Below, piece by piece: positions 20,884 to 31,226 of a DNA stretch of 47,743 nucleotides. Position 1 is the stretch's first letter, and the number at the start of each line of letters is the position of its first letter. Position numbers and translations under genes: made by a program. Source of the stretch: Clostridia bacterium (lineage in GTDB: Bacteria; Bacillota; Clostridia; RGIG6154); NCBI GenBank assembly GCA_045589295.1, contig JAZNOU010000015.1:1-47743 (forward strand), written 5' to 3'. The notes beneath the pieces are model-generated. The model was not told the origin of the DNA and did not search any database. It saw only the letters and a list, made by a program, of their open reading frames with translations.

Positions 20884-20990
20884 TAAAAAAGACCCCCTTT
20901 AACAAGGCGGTCTTATACTATATGAACCGCCCCACAGTATTCAATTCTATTGTATCGCCCGGGATACGCGTCCATAAAGTTTCACTTCCT
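20884..20990 (-). promoter_or_regulatory. Putative attenuator leader of mgtE with a 20-aa uORF (20975-20913)
   Basis: AAGGAAG RBS, MDAYPGRYNRIEYCGAVHIV*; mutually exclusive hairpins, one occluding the mgtE RBS and followed by a U-run. Confidence 0.6.
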
Positions 20991-21038
20991 TTTTATTAGT
21001 ATGGTTATATATTATCATAAAAATTTAAATTTGTAAAC

Positions 21039-21063
21039 AAAAAAGAGGCAAATGCCTCTTTTT
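21039..21063 (-). terminator. Intrinsic terminator after Na/Pi symporter gene
   Basis: AAAAAAGAGGCA-AA-TGCCTCTTTTT. Confidence 0.82.
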
Positions 21064-22819
21064 ATTGTATAACGTACTTTTCCTTGTATGCTTCATACAT
21101 ACGACTGAACTCTTTTTCTTCGCCTGCTTTAAGATGGCTTAAGTATTCGTGAGTTTCAAATGAATCATTTGCAATTTCAATAAAGCAAACCGCAATATTT
21201 GAGCAATGGTCAGATACTCTTTCATAGTTTGTAAGAAGATCTGACAAAATAAAACCAAGTTCCATAGTGCAGTCACCCTGACGCAATCTTTCGATGTGCC
21301 CAGCCTTAACCTTTCTGTTAAGTGAGTCTATAACTTGCTCTAAAGGTTCAACCTTTTTGGCTGTTTCGATGTCGCCCTCTGTAAGTGCCTTAATTGCAAG
21401 CCCTAAAATCTCTGTTGCAGCAGCTGTAATAACACGGATATCCTCTTTTGCTTTTTCAGAGAAATTGATTTTCTTGTCATAAATTTCTTTTGCTGTTTCA
21501 GCAAGGTTTAATGCGTGGTCAGAAATTCTTTCCAAATCACCAATACAATGTAAAAGTTCTGTTACAACTTTACTATCGCTTGAAGACATATTATTTGCCG
21601 CAATTTTAACTAAATATGTACTTGTCTTATCTTCATATTTATCAACAAGTGACTCTAAGCTGTCAACTTCGTTAAATACACCAATATCAAAGTTATCCAA
21701 AAGACCTGTTGCTTTTTTAAACGCATCACCTGAGATTTTTGCCATATCACAAACAAGATCACGACACTTTTCGACCGCAAATGACGGCATAGCCAAAAAT
21801 CTTTCATCAAGGGTATCAAACACATCGGTTGCACGTTCTTGTTTGTTTGGCTTAATTGTTTTTACAGCAAGTTTTTCAAACGCCTTGGTAAATGGAAGAA
21901 GAATAATGGTCGAAACAATATTAAAAAGTGTGTGAACAATAGCTATTCCTGATGCACCTGCATTTTGTGTCAAAAATTCAAAACCTAAAAAGCTATTTAA
22001 AATATAGAACCCGCCAGCAACAACAACCACGCCAATCATCTTAATATAAAAACAAGTAATTGCAACTCTTTTTGAGTCCGTGTTGCCACTCACTGACGAA
22101 ATAATAGGTGTAATTGTTGTGCCGATATTTTGTCCCAAAATAACAGGAAACGCTGTTGAATAAGGAATTGCACAAGTAAGTGAAAGTGCCTGCAAAACAC
22201 CGACAGATGCAGATGATGACTGAATGATGGCGGTAAAGATTGTACCAACCAAAATACCAAGCACAGGATTTGCAAACGCTGTGAGCATACTTGTAAATGC
22301 CGGATTGTCTTTAAGCCCTGAAACAGCCTCGCTCATTGCGTCCATACCGAACATTAAAATTGCAAAGCCAAGCAAAATCGAACCTGTATTTTTTCTTTTA
22401 TCGTTTTTAGCAGTCATTGTCATTAAAAATCCGATAGCCGCTAAAATCGGGGTAAATGAATCGGGCTTGAAGAATTGCAAAATTGAACCTGCACCATCAA
22501 TTTCCGACGTACTCAAAAGCCATGAGGTAACAGTTGTACCAATATTTGCGCCCATAATAACGCCAACAGTTTGAGAAAGCTTCATAATGCCTGAATTAAC
22601 AAAACCGACAAGCATAACAGTCGTTGCCGATGATGACTGAATAATTGCCGTTACAATAAAGCCAAGTAAAAATCCTTTAAATCTGTTTGAAGTAAGTTTA
22701 GCTAAAATAGACTCGAGCTTTCCGCCTGCAAGTTTTTTAAGGCTGTCGCCCATAAGGTCCATACCAAACAAAAATAATGCAAGTCCGCCGACTAAACCCA
22801 AAATTTCAAAATAACCCAT
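21062..22819 (-). CDS. Na/Pi cotransporter family protein with C-terminal PhoU domains
   Basis: Two QSSSA repeats, GANIGTT/GQNIGTT, DLERISDH and NYERVSDH PhoU motifs. Confidence 0.94.
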   Translation of the reverse strand: MGYFEILGLVGGLALFLFGMDLMGDSLKKLAGGKLESILAKLTSNRFKGFLLGFIVTAIIQSSSATTVMLVGFVNSGIMKLSQTVGVIMGANIGTTVTSWLLSTSEIDGAGSILQFFKPDSFTPILAAIGFLMTMTAKNDKRKNTGSILLGFAILMFGMDAMSEAVSGLKDNPAFTSMLTAFANPVLGILVGTIFTAIIQSSSASVGVLQALSLTCAIPYSTAFPVILGQNIGTTITPIISSVSGNTDSKRVAITCFYIKMIGVVVVAGGFYILNSFLGFEFLTQNAGASGIAIVHTLFNIVSTIILLPFTKAFEKLAVKTIKPNKQERATDVFDTLDERFLAMPSFAVEKCRDLVCDMAKISGDAFKKATGLLDNFDIGVFNEVDSLESLVDKYEDKTSTYLVKIAANNMSSSDSKVVTELLHCIGDLERISDHALNLAETAKEIYDKKINFSEKAKEDIRVITAAATEILGLAIKALTEGDIETAKKVEPLEQVIDSLNRKVKAGHIERLRQGDCTMELGFILSDLLTNYERVSDHCSNIAVCFIEIANDSFETHEYLSHLKAGEEKEFSRMYEAYKEKYVIQ

Positions 22820-22916
22820 AATATCTCCCTTTCATTTCAAGTTACGTCACTATAATGCTACCATAAATAGCAAAAAAAGTCAATAAACATCACCTTTATT
22901 ACTGCAATTTCAAAAA

Positions 22917-23837
22917 TTATTTTATATTTGGCAAAGAACCTATTGCACAATTTAAATCACACATTTTTTTTGATTTTTTTATTGCTTTGACTGCTTTTTC
23001 GTCAGGGTAGTTTAAAACCATAAGCATCCACAATTCCTTAAGCCTCAAAAACGTGTAATGCTCAGATTTCAAAAGTGTTAAATATCTTTCTTCCAAAACT
23101 TTTGAAAAATTTATAAGTTCACTCGTTTCAAGCCTTTTACCGCCATTTATCTCCCTGAAAAGTGCAGGATTTTTCACCGCACCTCTTCCACACATCACAC
23201 TTTTAATTCCGCTGAACTTTTCTGTTATTTTTAAATAATCTTCTTTTCCCCACACATCTCCATTGTAGCACAAATCAAGCTTTGTATTATGATAAGCCAT
23301 CTCAAATGTTTCTGTACTTGCTTTTCCCTTATAGTATTCTTCTCTCACTCTGGGATGAATAATAAGTTCAGAAAGAGGATACTTGTTATAAACCTTTAAA
23401 ATGTTTTCAAATTCATCGTGAGCATCAAACCCTACTCTTGTTTTGACGGAGATTTTGATGTTTGAATTTGAAAAAGCGCCGTCTAGAAATTTATCAATCA
23501 ATTCCAGATTTTTTAAAATGCCTGCACCTCTTGCCTTTTTTACAACCGTCCCTGACGGACAGCCAAAATTCAAGTTTACCTCATCGTAGCCAAGACACTC
23601 AAGTTTTTTGGAAAACTCCGAAAAAACCTCCCAGTTATTCCCAAGCACCTGAGGAACAACCTTAACTATGTTGTTTTCAGGAAGCAAATCACGAAGCGTT
23701 TTTAATGTAATTCTCTCATTTTCAGTAGGCACAACAAAGGGTGCAAAATACTTGTCACTGCCACCAAAGCACTCGAAATGAGCATTTCTGTATGTATACG
23801 AGGTAATTCCCTCCATTGGTGCAAAATATAAATTCAT
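22917..23837 (-). CDS. tRNA-dihydrouridine synthase family protein
   Basis: FAPMEGIT, NLNFGCPS, SVKTRVG, HPR, YNGDV, MCGRG; ATG at 23837 preferred. Confidence 0.92.
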   Translation of the reverse strand: MNLYFAPMEGITSYTYRNAHFECFGGSDKYFAPFVVPTENERITLKTLRDLLPENNIVKVVPQVLGNNWEVFSEFSKKLECLGYDEVNLNFGCPSGTVVKKARGAGILKNLELIDKFLDGAFSNSNIKISVKTRVGFDAHDEFENILKVYNKYPLSELIIHPRVREEYYKGKASTETFEMAYHNTKLDLCYNGDVWGKEDYLKITEKFSGIKSVMCGRGAVKNPALFREINGGKRLETSELINFSKVLEERYLTLLKSEHYTFLRLKELWMLMVLNYPDEKAVKAIKKSKKMCDLNCAIGSLPNIK

Positions 23838-23936
23838 AAAACTTACCCTCCACAATCTATAATTTTATACCATAAATATCAAAAATGCAACATTAGTTTG
23901 TGTTAACAAACGATTAATTTTTGTCAGATAAAATTA

Positions 23937-23965
23937 TTGACAAATAAAGCAATTTAAAATATAAT
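23937..23965 (+). promoter_or_regulatory. Consensus sigma-A promoter of uraA-upp
   Basis: TTGACA, 17 nt, TATAAT, exact consensus. Confidence 0.85.
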
Positions 23966-24040
23966 TTTAAATAAGTAGAAAACAGTCGTTTTTTATCAAA
24001 TTTTATCAAATGGCTTATGCCATAAGGGAGGAATATTAAA

Positions 24041-25369
24041 ATGAATTTGGTTTACGGTGTAAAAGACAAACCATCATTCGGCAGGCTGTTAGTATTTGCT
24101 TTTCAACAGCTTCTGGCAATCCTTGCTGCTACAATTGCAGTTCCTGCAATTATCGGTAACGGAATGAGTCACTCAGCTGCACTTTTCGGTGCAGGCGTTG
24201 GTACAATTGTTTACCAGCTTTTCACAAAGTTTAAGAGTCCTGTTTTTCTCGGTTCTTCCTTTGCTTTTATCGGCTCAATGTTTGCAGCCTTTGCAGGCAG
24301 TGTATCAACAGCCGCAGGCTATGCAGGTCTTATTTTAGGTGCTGCTTTTGCAGGCCTTGTTTATGTTATTCTTGCTATTATTGTTAAATTTGCAGGTGTT
24401 AACTGGATTAACAAGCTTATGCCCCCTGTTGTTATTGGTCCTACTGTTGCTTTAATCGGTCTTTCTCTTGCAGGCGCTGCAATTAGTGACCTTCAGGTTG
24501 GTAAAGTTTTAGTAGACGGTGCTTCTGTTGCATCACCTTACGCTTGCATTATCTGCGGACTTGTAACACTTGCAGTTGTTATTATCTGCTCAGTATACGG
24601 CAAAAAAATGACAAAACTTATTCCGTTTATCATTGGTATCGTTGCAGGTTATGTTTTAGCCACAATCTTAACTTTAATCGGAACTTACACATCAAACCCC
24701 GCTTTGATGATTATTGATTTTTCTGCATTTAACAATATGCAGTGGTATCCTGATTTCACATTCCTAAAAGCACTCGGTGGCATCAAAGAAATTGATGCAG
24801 GATACATTGCAACAATTGCAGTTGCTTACATTCCTGTTGCATTTGTTGTTTTTGCAGAACACATTGCAGACCACAAAAACTTAAGCACAATTATCGGAAC
24901 AGAACTTTTGGAAGAACCCGGTCTTCACAGAACACTTTTGGGTGACGGTATCGGTTCAATTGCAGGTGCAATCTTTGGCGGTTGTCCTAATACAACTTAT
25001 GGGGAATCTGTTGGCTGTGTTGCAATCACAGGTAACGCATCTGTTATTACAATTCTTACAACTGCAATCATTGCAATCATTGCATCATTTGTTGCTCCTT
25101 TTGTAACATTTTTAGCTACCATTCCTAACTGCGTAATGGGCGGTGTTTGTATTTCACTTTATGGCTTTATTGCAGTTTCAGGTCTTAAAATGATTCAGCA
25201 GGTTAACTTAAACCAAAACAAGAACCTGTTCGTTGTTGCAGTTATCTTAATTACAGGTATCGGCGGACTAACCCTTACCTTCGGACAAATTACAATCACA
25301 TCAATTGCTTGCGCTTTAATCCTTGGAATTTTAACAAACGTTTTAGTTTCAAAAGCAAATGAAGAATAG
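24041..25369 (+). CDS. uraA: Uracil/xanthine permease (NCS2 family)
   Basis: PVFLGSSFAFI, EHIADH, TLLGDG, PNTTYGES; next to upp. Confidence 0.92.
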   Translation: MNLVYGVKDKPSFGRLLVFAFQQLLAILAATIAVPAIIGNGMSHSAALFGAGVGTIVYQLFTKFKSPVFLGSSFAFIGSMFAAFAGSVSTAAGYAGLILGAAFAGLVYVILAIIVKFAGVNWINKLMPPVVIGPTVALIGLSLAGAAISDLQVGKVLVDGASVASPYACIICGLVTLAVVIICSVYGKKMTKLIPFIIGIVAGYVLATILTLIGTYTSNPALMIIDFSAFNNMQWYPDFTFLKALGGIKEIDAGYIATIAVAYIPVAFVVFAEHIADHKNLSTIIGTELLEEPGLHRTLLGDGIGSIAGAIFGGCPNTTYGESVGCVAITGNASVITILTTAIIAIIASFVAPFVTFLATIPNCVMGGVCISLYGFIAVSGLKMIQQVNLNQNKNLFVVAVILITGIGGLTLTFGQITITSIACALILGILTNVLVSKANEE

Positions 25370-25380
25370 GAGCTTAAATC

Positions 25381-26010
25381 ATGAGTAAAGTTGTAACATT
25401 TGACCATCCGCTTATTCAGCACAAAACTACAATCTTGCGTCAGACTTCTACCACAAACAAAGAATTCCGTGAATTGGTAGAAGAAATAACAATGCTTATG
25501 TGTTATGAATCATTAAGAGATTTGCCTTTAGAAGATGTTGAAATTGAAACACCTATTAAAAAGACAACTCAGAAAATGATTAAAGGCAAAGATATTGCAG
25601 TTGTTCCAATTCTTCGTGCCGGTCTTGGAATGGTTAACGGACTTTTAAGTCTTGTGCCCACTGCAAAAGTAGGTCATATTGGTATGTATCGTGATGAAGA
25701 AACAATGCAGCCATGTGAATATTACTGCAAACTACCTACTGACATTGACCAGAGACTTGTTGTGGTTGTTGACCCAATGCTCGCAACAGGCGGTTCTGCA
25801 ATAGACGCTGTAGGACAGATTAAATCTTATGGTGCAAAACATATCAAATTCTTATGTCTTATTGCTGCACCCGAAGGAATCAACGCACTTTCAAAGGCAC
25901 ATCCGGACATTGAAATTTTCTGTGCAAATGTCGATGAATGCCTTAACGATAAATGCTATATCGTTCCTGGGCTTGGCGACGCAGGTGACAGAATATTCGG
26001 AACAAAATAA
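25381..26010 (+). CDS. upp: Uracil phosphoribosyltransferase
   Basis: [42 protein letters not shown]. Confidence 0.98.
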   Translation: MSKVVTFDHPLIQHKTTILRQTSTTNKEFRELVEEITMLMCYESLRDLPLEDVEIETPIKKTTQKMIKGKDIAVVPILRAGLGMVNGLLSLVPTAKVGHIGMYRDEETMQPCEYYCKLPTDIDQRLVVVVDPMLATGGSAIDAVGQIKSYGAKHIKFLCLIAAPEGINALSKAHPDIEIFCANVDECLNDKCYIVPGLGDAGDRIFGTK

Positions 26011-26016
26011 AACAAC

Positions 26017-26050
26017 AAAAAAGCGAATGTTACCTACATTCGCTTTTTTT
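26017..26050. terminator. Bidirectional intrinsic terminator
   Basis: AAAAAAGCGAATGT-TACCT-ACATTCGCTTTTTT between convergent genes. Confidence 0.88.
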
Positions 26051-26650
26051 ATTTATAAACTCTTCAAGTTTATTTGCATCACCATCAAAAAGATATGTAT
26101 TTATCCCCAATGCACTTGCCGCATCTGTATTTGCCTTGCTGTCGTCTATGAAAAGACACTCTTTTGCATTTAACCCATACTTTTCAAGTATATGTTCAAA
26201 AATCCTTTTATCTGGCTTTATCATTCCAACCTCGCCTGAAAAAACAAGTCCGTCAAACTTGTCAAAAAGCTCCTTTATCCACGGATAATTGTGATAGCTA
26301 TTAGCAAAACCTTTGCTTATATTTGAAAGGATATAAAGCTTTTTACCGCTCTTTTTAAGTTTTTCAACCACTTCTACCGTTTCCCACATTGGCGGCAGAT
26401 TTTCAATCCACTTATCAAAAACCTCAACGCCTAGAAGTGAGAGACCATCAGGCAAACTGCTTGTAATTCTTTGCTTTACTATATCATCCGTAACCAGTCC
26501 TGCATCAAGCTTTTCCCAGTGAGTTGCATTAAATATTACGTCTGTTATAATTTTTGCAGATTCTGGGTCTTTTACAACACACTCTGTAAGTTCTTTAGGG
26601 CAAAACCTCGCCAGAACATTTCCAAAGTCAAAAATATAATTTTTAATCAT
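26030..26650 (-). CDS. HAD-family hydrolase/phosphatase
   Basis: IFDFGNVL, LSN, KPD, FIDD motifs I-IV. Confidence 0.92.
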   Translation of the reverse strand: MIKNYIFDFGNVLARFCPKELTECVVKDPESAKIITDVIFNATHWEKLDAGLVTDDIVKQRITSSLPDGLSLLGVEVFDKWIENLPPMWETVEVVEKLKKSGKKLYILSNISKGFANSYHNYPWIKELFDKFDGLVFSGEVGMIKPDKRIFEHILEKYGLNAKECLFIDDSKANTDAASALGINTYLFDGDANKLEEFINKKSECR

Positions 26651-26682
26651 CTTTCCACCTGTTTCTATTGATCGCCCCGATA

Positions 26683-28050
26683 TTAATTATCCTTAAGCAA
26701 ATCTTCTAATTGTGCAACAGGCATAGGGCGATACAAGTAATACCCCTGAAACATATCACAACCTGCCTCTATCGCTGTTTCCTTATGTTGTTGTGTTTCA
26801 ATCCCTTCGCACAGAGTCTTAAATCCCAGGTCATGTGCAGTACGGATAATATTTTTAAGTATTACAAATCCAGCCTCGGTAATTGCATTTTGGGTAATAG
26901 ATTTGTCAATCTTTACAACACTGATATTAAACTCAGTCAGGTCGCCAAACGATGTATATCCATGGCCAAAATCATCAAGAAGAACTTTTATTCCCTTTCC
27001 CTTTAATTTAATTAAATTTTCTGTCAAAATACCTCTTTCATCTTTTGTAAGATTTTTATCTTCTAAAATTTCAATCGCTACACAAGAATAATCAAGCTCA
27101 TATTTTTCAATTATTTCGACTATTGTTTCTGTAAATCTTTTACTGCAAAGAGTAGTTCGCGAAAAATTGATTGCATACAAATAATTTGTGCGGTTTTCCT
27201 TATCGTTTGCTATCCATTTGCAATTTTTTTCAAATATGTAGTAATCAAATTTTTCATTTAAGCCAACGTTATTTACCGCAGACAAAAATGTTCTGGGTGT
27301 TAAAATTCCATCAGCCAGTGAATTAAGGCGCGACAAAACTTCTGCACCTACAATTTTGTTAGTCTTTGCATCTAAAATTGGTTGATACTCAAGAAAAAAC
27401 CTGTTGTTTTCAATTTCATTTTGTATGTTGTTTTCTATTTTTATTTTTCTCTCAAAATCTTTACCATTACTGCTATCCCACTGACAATACAAAGTTTCTT
27501 CATTTTCAGCTATGGTACATGCCTGCTTTGCTCTTTCCAAAGCTGTTTTAAAAACAACATCGGTTGCACATGTGCAGTAAACTCCAAAATTTACGTGTGC
27601 AATGTTCACCGCTTCATAACTTACAAAAATCTTATTAATTTCTTCATAACACTTATTGATGCAAACTGTTATTTTATCTGTCCCGCAATTACTGAGTGCT
27701 ACAAAATTGTTTTTGCCGTAAAGGGAAATTTCCCCATTTATATTAACGCAAAAATGAGAAAAAACTGTTTTCCTTATATTTTCTAGAATTTTGACTGATT
27801 TTGCCTCAGAATATAGGCGCTGAGTGCTGTCAAGCGATACAGAAATATAAACAAGACAGCGTTCTTTACGCATACTTCCTGCTTTTTCAAAACTATTTTC
27901 AATTTTCCCTATACCACAAAAACTTTTCTCAACTGTCCCGTTTGCAGTTTTTACAGATTTAATGGTAAAGTACGCTCCAACAACACCCATAAACACAAAA
28001 CACATTGCAAGAATGGTTATAATTACGTACGGATACTCTAAAAATTGCAT
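26683..28050 (-). CDS. Membrane-anchored EAL phosphodiesterase with degenerate GGDEF-like domain
   Basis: N-terminal TM; YGKNNF at the GGDEF position; YQP, EVLSR, INFS, IEILE, DDFGHGYTS, KID, EGIE, QGY. Confidence 0.92.
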   Translation of the reverse strand: MQFLEYPYVIITILAMCFVFMGVVGAYFTIKSVKTANGTVEKSFCGIGKIENSFEKAGSMRKERCLVYISVSLDSTQRLYSEAKSVKILENIRKTVFSHFCVNINGEISLYGKNNFVALSNCGTDKITVCINKCYEEINKIFVSYEAVNIAHVNFGVYCTCATDVVFKTALERAKQACTIAENEETLYCQWDSSNGKDFERKIKIENNIQNEIENNRFFLEYQPILDAKTNKIVGAEVLSRLNSLADGILTPRTFLSAVNNVGLNEKFDYYIFEKNCKWIANDKENRTNYLYAINFSRTTLCSKRFTETIVEIIEKYELDYSCVAIEILEDKNLTKDERGILTENLIKLKGKGIKVLLDDFGHGYTSFGDLTEFNISVVKIDKSITQNAITEAGFVILKNIIRTAHDLGFKTLCEGIETQQHKETAIEAGCDMFQGYYLYRPMPVAQLEDLLKDN

Positions 28051-29127
28051 TTAATTAACTCCTGCCATTTCAAAAATAGGAAACTCCTTAGTTCCTGACT
28101 TATATTTAAGTCCGATTTTTTCAGCAACCTTAATATATTTTTCAATATCTTTTTTGGCTGACATTTTTCTTCTTATTACTTCCTTTGTAATAAACAGCGG
28201 ACTAAAAACAAGCATTCCTTTTAAAATATCACCTTTTTTTATTCCGCATCTTTTGTATTCTGCAAGCATTTCAAACAAAGCATAATCAATTGCCTCTTTG
28301 TCAATTTTTTTTGCATTTGTTTTCTTAAGCCACTTTGTATAACTGATAAACTTATTTATATCTGCATTTTCTTTAAAATAAATGCCGCTGATATAAAATT
28401 CTTTCATTTCTTCAGGCATACTTTGCATAAGCGCAGAATAATATTTTTGCTGTATTTTCAGCACTTCTGTGTGTTGCCTTTCAAGTGTTGTACTTGTAAT
28501 TTGCTTATCGTGAAGTCTGTATATCAAGAGATATTCATCAAGAATTTGTATTTTTTCATTTTCAATCACCATTCTTGTCCACAGTTCTAAGTCCTCTGTA
28601 CAAGTGAGTGTTGTATCATAATTAAGTCTTTTCATAACTTCTGCTTTGGCAATTACCCCAGGATGAAGTATCGGATTTGTAACCAAAAGCATTGCTTTTA
28701 AAGCCTTATCGTCACATCTTCCTCCGCATCCGCCCGATGAATACACACCGTTTTTAACAGTTAAAAATCTACATGATGACAATGACACATCAGGGTTTTG
28801 CTGCATAAATTCATACTGTCTTTCAAACCTTTCAGGAAGACAGATATCGTCTGCATCCATTCGTGCTATGTATTTGCCGCTACACAAAGAAATTGCTTTA
28901 TTAAGCGATGTAGGAAGCTTTAGATTAACCTCGTTTGTATACACTTTTATCCTATCATCTTTTGCTGCAAAAGCGGCAAGTATGTCACTTGTTGAGTCTG
29001 TAGAACAGTCATTTATAACAATCAGCTCCCAATTTTTAAATATCTGTGCTACAACACTTCCTATTGCTTCTTCAAGATACGTTTCACCATTATATACACT
29101 CATAATTATTGATATTTCAGGTGTCAT
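28051..29127 (-). CDS. Glycosyltransferase family 2
   Basis: ISIIMSVYN, INDCSTD, ARMDADD, EDLELW. Confidence 0.93.
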   Translation of the reverse strand: MTPEISIIMSVYNGETYLEEAIGSVVAQIFKNWELIVINDCSTDSTSDILAAFAAKDDRIKVYTNEVNLKLPTSLNKAISLCSGKYIARMDADDICLPERFERQYEFMQQNPDVSLSSCRFLTVKNGVYSSGGCGGRCDDKALKAMLLVTNPILHPGVIAKAEVMKRLNYDTTLTCTEDLELWTRMVIENEKIQILDEYLLIYRLHDKQITSTTLERQHTEVLKIQQKYYSALMQSMPEEMKEFYISGIYFKENADINKFISYTKWLKKTNAKKIDKEAIDYALFEMLAEYKRCGIKKGDILKGMLVFSPLFITKEVIRRKMSAKKDIEKYIKVAEKIGLKYKSGTKEFPIFEMAGVN

Positions 29128-29133
29128 ACTATA

Positions 29134-30153
29134 TCACCCTTTCTTTATTTTCTTTTTGATATTTTTACATATATTAAGAAAATAAAATGCTGTTTTATAA
29201 CACTCTCTTTTCATAAAAAATATACCTATTCTGCTTTTAGACGAAATATTTTTAAAATCAGCCTTTTTAATCTTTTGGTTATGTACCGAATTTAAAATAT
29301 TGTTTTTTAGTTCCTGCATGCACTCAAAATGATTTCCCTCTGCTGCCGCCGCCAATATTGCAAAACACATAAAACAACAATAACGACTCAGTTGTTCTTC
29401 AAAATCAGGTACCTTTACCATATCGGTTTCATAAATTTCATTTATTACGTCTTGTATAAGAAAAATCTGTTTGGTGTTGAAATCTTTTGAAAGAGAATCA
29501 TCTCTCATAGTATATAAATAAGCTTCTTTCTTGCTTATATACACACTTTCTGCCTTAAGATAACACGGAATTACACAGCACAAATCCTCACCCAGTGAAA
29601 TTTTTTCGTTTACATTAAGTTGAATTGGCATCAAAAGTTCACGTTTTACTGCCTTTCCTGATAAATAATATGAAATATGATTCATATTTTTATCCATTAA
29701 AAGCCGAGGGTAAATATGCGTTTTAATTCCTTCTTTGTCATAAAATCCTTCGTTAATACCATCATTTGTAACATTGAACGTCTGTCCGTTTTTAACCCAT
29801 CGATAGGAAAATGACACAATATCAGAACCTGTATCTTTTATTATCTTATAAGCACATTCCAACGTATCTTTTTCAATCATATCATCTGAATCGAGGTTTA
29901 ATATATAGTCACCTTCTGCAATCTTTATGCCTGCCCTCCTTGCACTCGCAAGTCCGCCGTTTGGCTTATGTATAACTTTTACACGATTATCCTTTTCCTT
30001 AAAGCTTTCACAAATTTCAGGACAACCGTCAGGTGAACCGTCATCAACTAAAATCAATTCAAAATCTTCAAATGTTTGATTTAAAGCGCTGTTTATACAA
30101 TTTTCAAGATATTTTTCCACTTTATACACAGGTACAATCACAGAAAAAAACAT
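29134..30153 (-). CDS. Glycosyltransferase family 2
   Basis: SVIVPVYK, VDDGSPD, NGGLASAR, LDSDD, GED. Confidence 0.93.
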   Translation of the reverse strand: MFFSVIVPVYKVEKYLENCINSALNQTFEDFELILVDDGSPDGCPEICESFKEKDNRVKVIHKPNGGLASARRAGIKIAEGDYILNLDSDDMIEKDTLECAYKIIKDTGSDIVSFSYRWVKNGQTFNVTNDGINEGFYDKEGIKTHIYPRLLMDKNMNHISYYLSGKAVKRELLMPIQLNVNEKISLGEDLCCVIPCYLKAESVYISKKEAYLYTMRDDSLSKDFNTKQIFLIQDVINEIYETDMVKVPDFEEQLSRYCCFMCFAILAAAAEGNHFECMQELKNNILNSVHNQKIKKADFKNISSKSRIGIFFMKRECYKTAFYFLNICKNIKKKIKKG

Positions 30154-30163
30154 TAAAATTCCC

Positions 30164-31222
30164 CTATCTGTTCCTTAATCCCACAAGACATTTAAGCACA
30201 AAATACATTTTGTGTTTCATAGCACAAGCAAACGCTCTTTGCTTAAGCGACAGTGCCTTAATTGGGTATGATTTGAGTGCTCTTACAGTCAAACTGTGTG
30301 TACATACTTCTTTTAGTCTTTCCTTTAAATCTGCATACTTAACATTGTTGTAATTAGCATTCATTATTTCCTGAGAGCAGAGCACTCTGCACATTGCCTG
30401 CCAAAATCTATAAATATAAATTTGATATTCCTCTGGACTGATGTCCTTTTTAAATTTTTTTTCAACCTCATTTACAAAAACAAGACTTTTTTCAAACCTG
30501 TCTTTTTTATATGACTTAGAAATTGAATCACCGTTTCTGCAATAACTGTAAAATGCTTCGTTTATCCCTGTGGCCTTTTGTATGCATGATATGTAATCTA
30601 TCATAAACAGAGCATCTTCAGAAAGCATTTCCCTTTCAGACTGAAAAATAAGATTATTCTGATTAATTATTTCTCTTCTAAACAGATTTTTCCAGATACT
30701 CATACCATACTTACTGTCGTCTTCGTCTTCAGGCAAGGAACCCACAATACCCAACTTTAGTTTTTTCAAATCCTCATTGGTTTCAAAATGTGTGTCCTTA
30801 TCGAAATATGATTTTTTTATGCACTCGCCCTCTTTGCTGAACATATTTCCGTCTACAAACAAAACTCCCGACATTATAAGGTCTGAATTATATTTTTCTG
30901 CAGTTTCATAAAGTGTTTCAAACATTTTGGGAGAAACATAATCATCAGAGTCAACAAAACCAATATATTTTCCTGTTGCAATTTCAAGAGCTGCATTTCT
31001 TGCCTTTCCCGCGCCCTCGTTTATTTTGTGAATAACCTTTATACGGCTGTCTTTTTGAGCTTCTTCATCGCAAATTTCAGGTGACCTGTCACAAGACGAG
31101 TCATTTACAAGTATTATTTCTATGTTTTCAAGTGTCTGATTTGTCAAAGAATCAATACATCTTTTTAAATATTTTTCAACATTATATACCGGAACAATAA
31201 TGCTTACATAGGGTTGTAACAC
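30164..31222 (-). CDS. Glycosyltransferase family 2
   Basis: SIIVPVYN, FVDSDD, SED; GTG start at 31222 after GAGGTG. Confidence 0.92.
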   Translation of the reverse strand: MLQPYVSIIVPVYNVEKYLKRCIDSLTNQTLENIEIILVNDSSCDRSPEICDEEAQKDSRIKVIHKINEGAGKARNAALEIATGKYIGFVDSDDYVSPKMFETLYETAEKYNSDLIMSGVLFVDGNMFSKEGECIKKSYFDKDTHFETNEDLKKLKLGIVGSLPEDEDDSKYGMSIWKNLFRREIINQNNLIFQSEREMLSEDALFMIDYISCIQKATGINEAFYSYCRNGDSISKSYKKDRFEKSLVFVNEVEKKFKKDISPEEYQIYIYRFWQAMCRVLCSQEIMNANYNNVKYADLKERLKEVCTHSLTVRALKSYPIKALSLKQRAFACAMKHKMYFVLKCLVGLRNR

Positions 31223-31226
31223 AGTT

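Noticed and set aside
23991-24010. Tandem TTTTATCAAA duplication in the uraA leader; possible operator or PyrR attenuator
   Set aside because: Short and AT-rich; the leader is too short and shows no PyrR loop motif or terminator.
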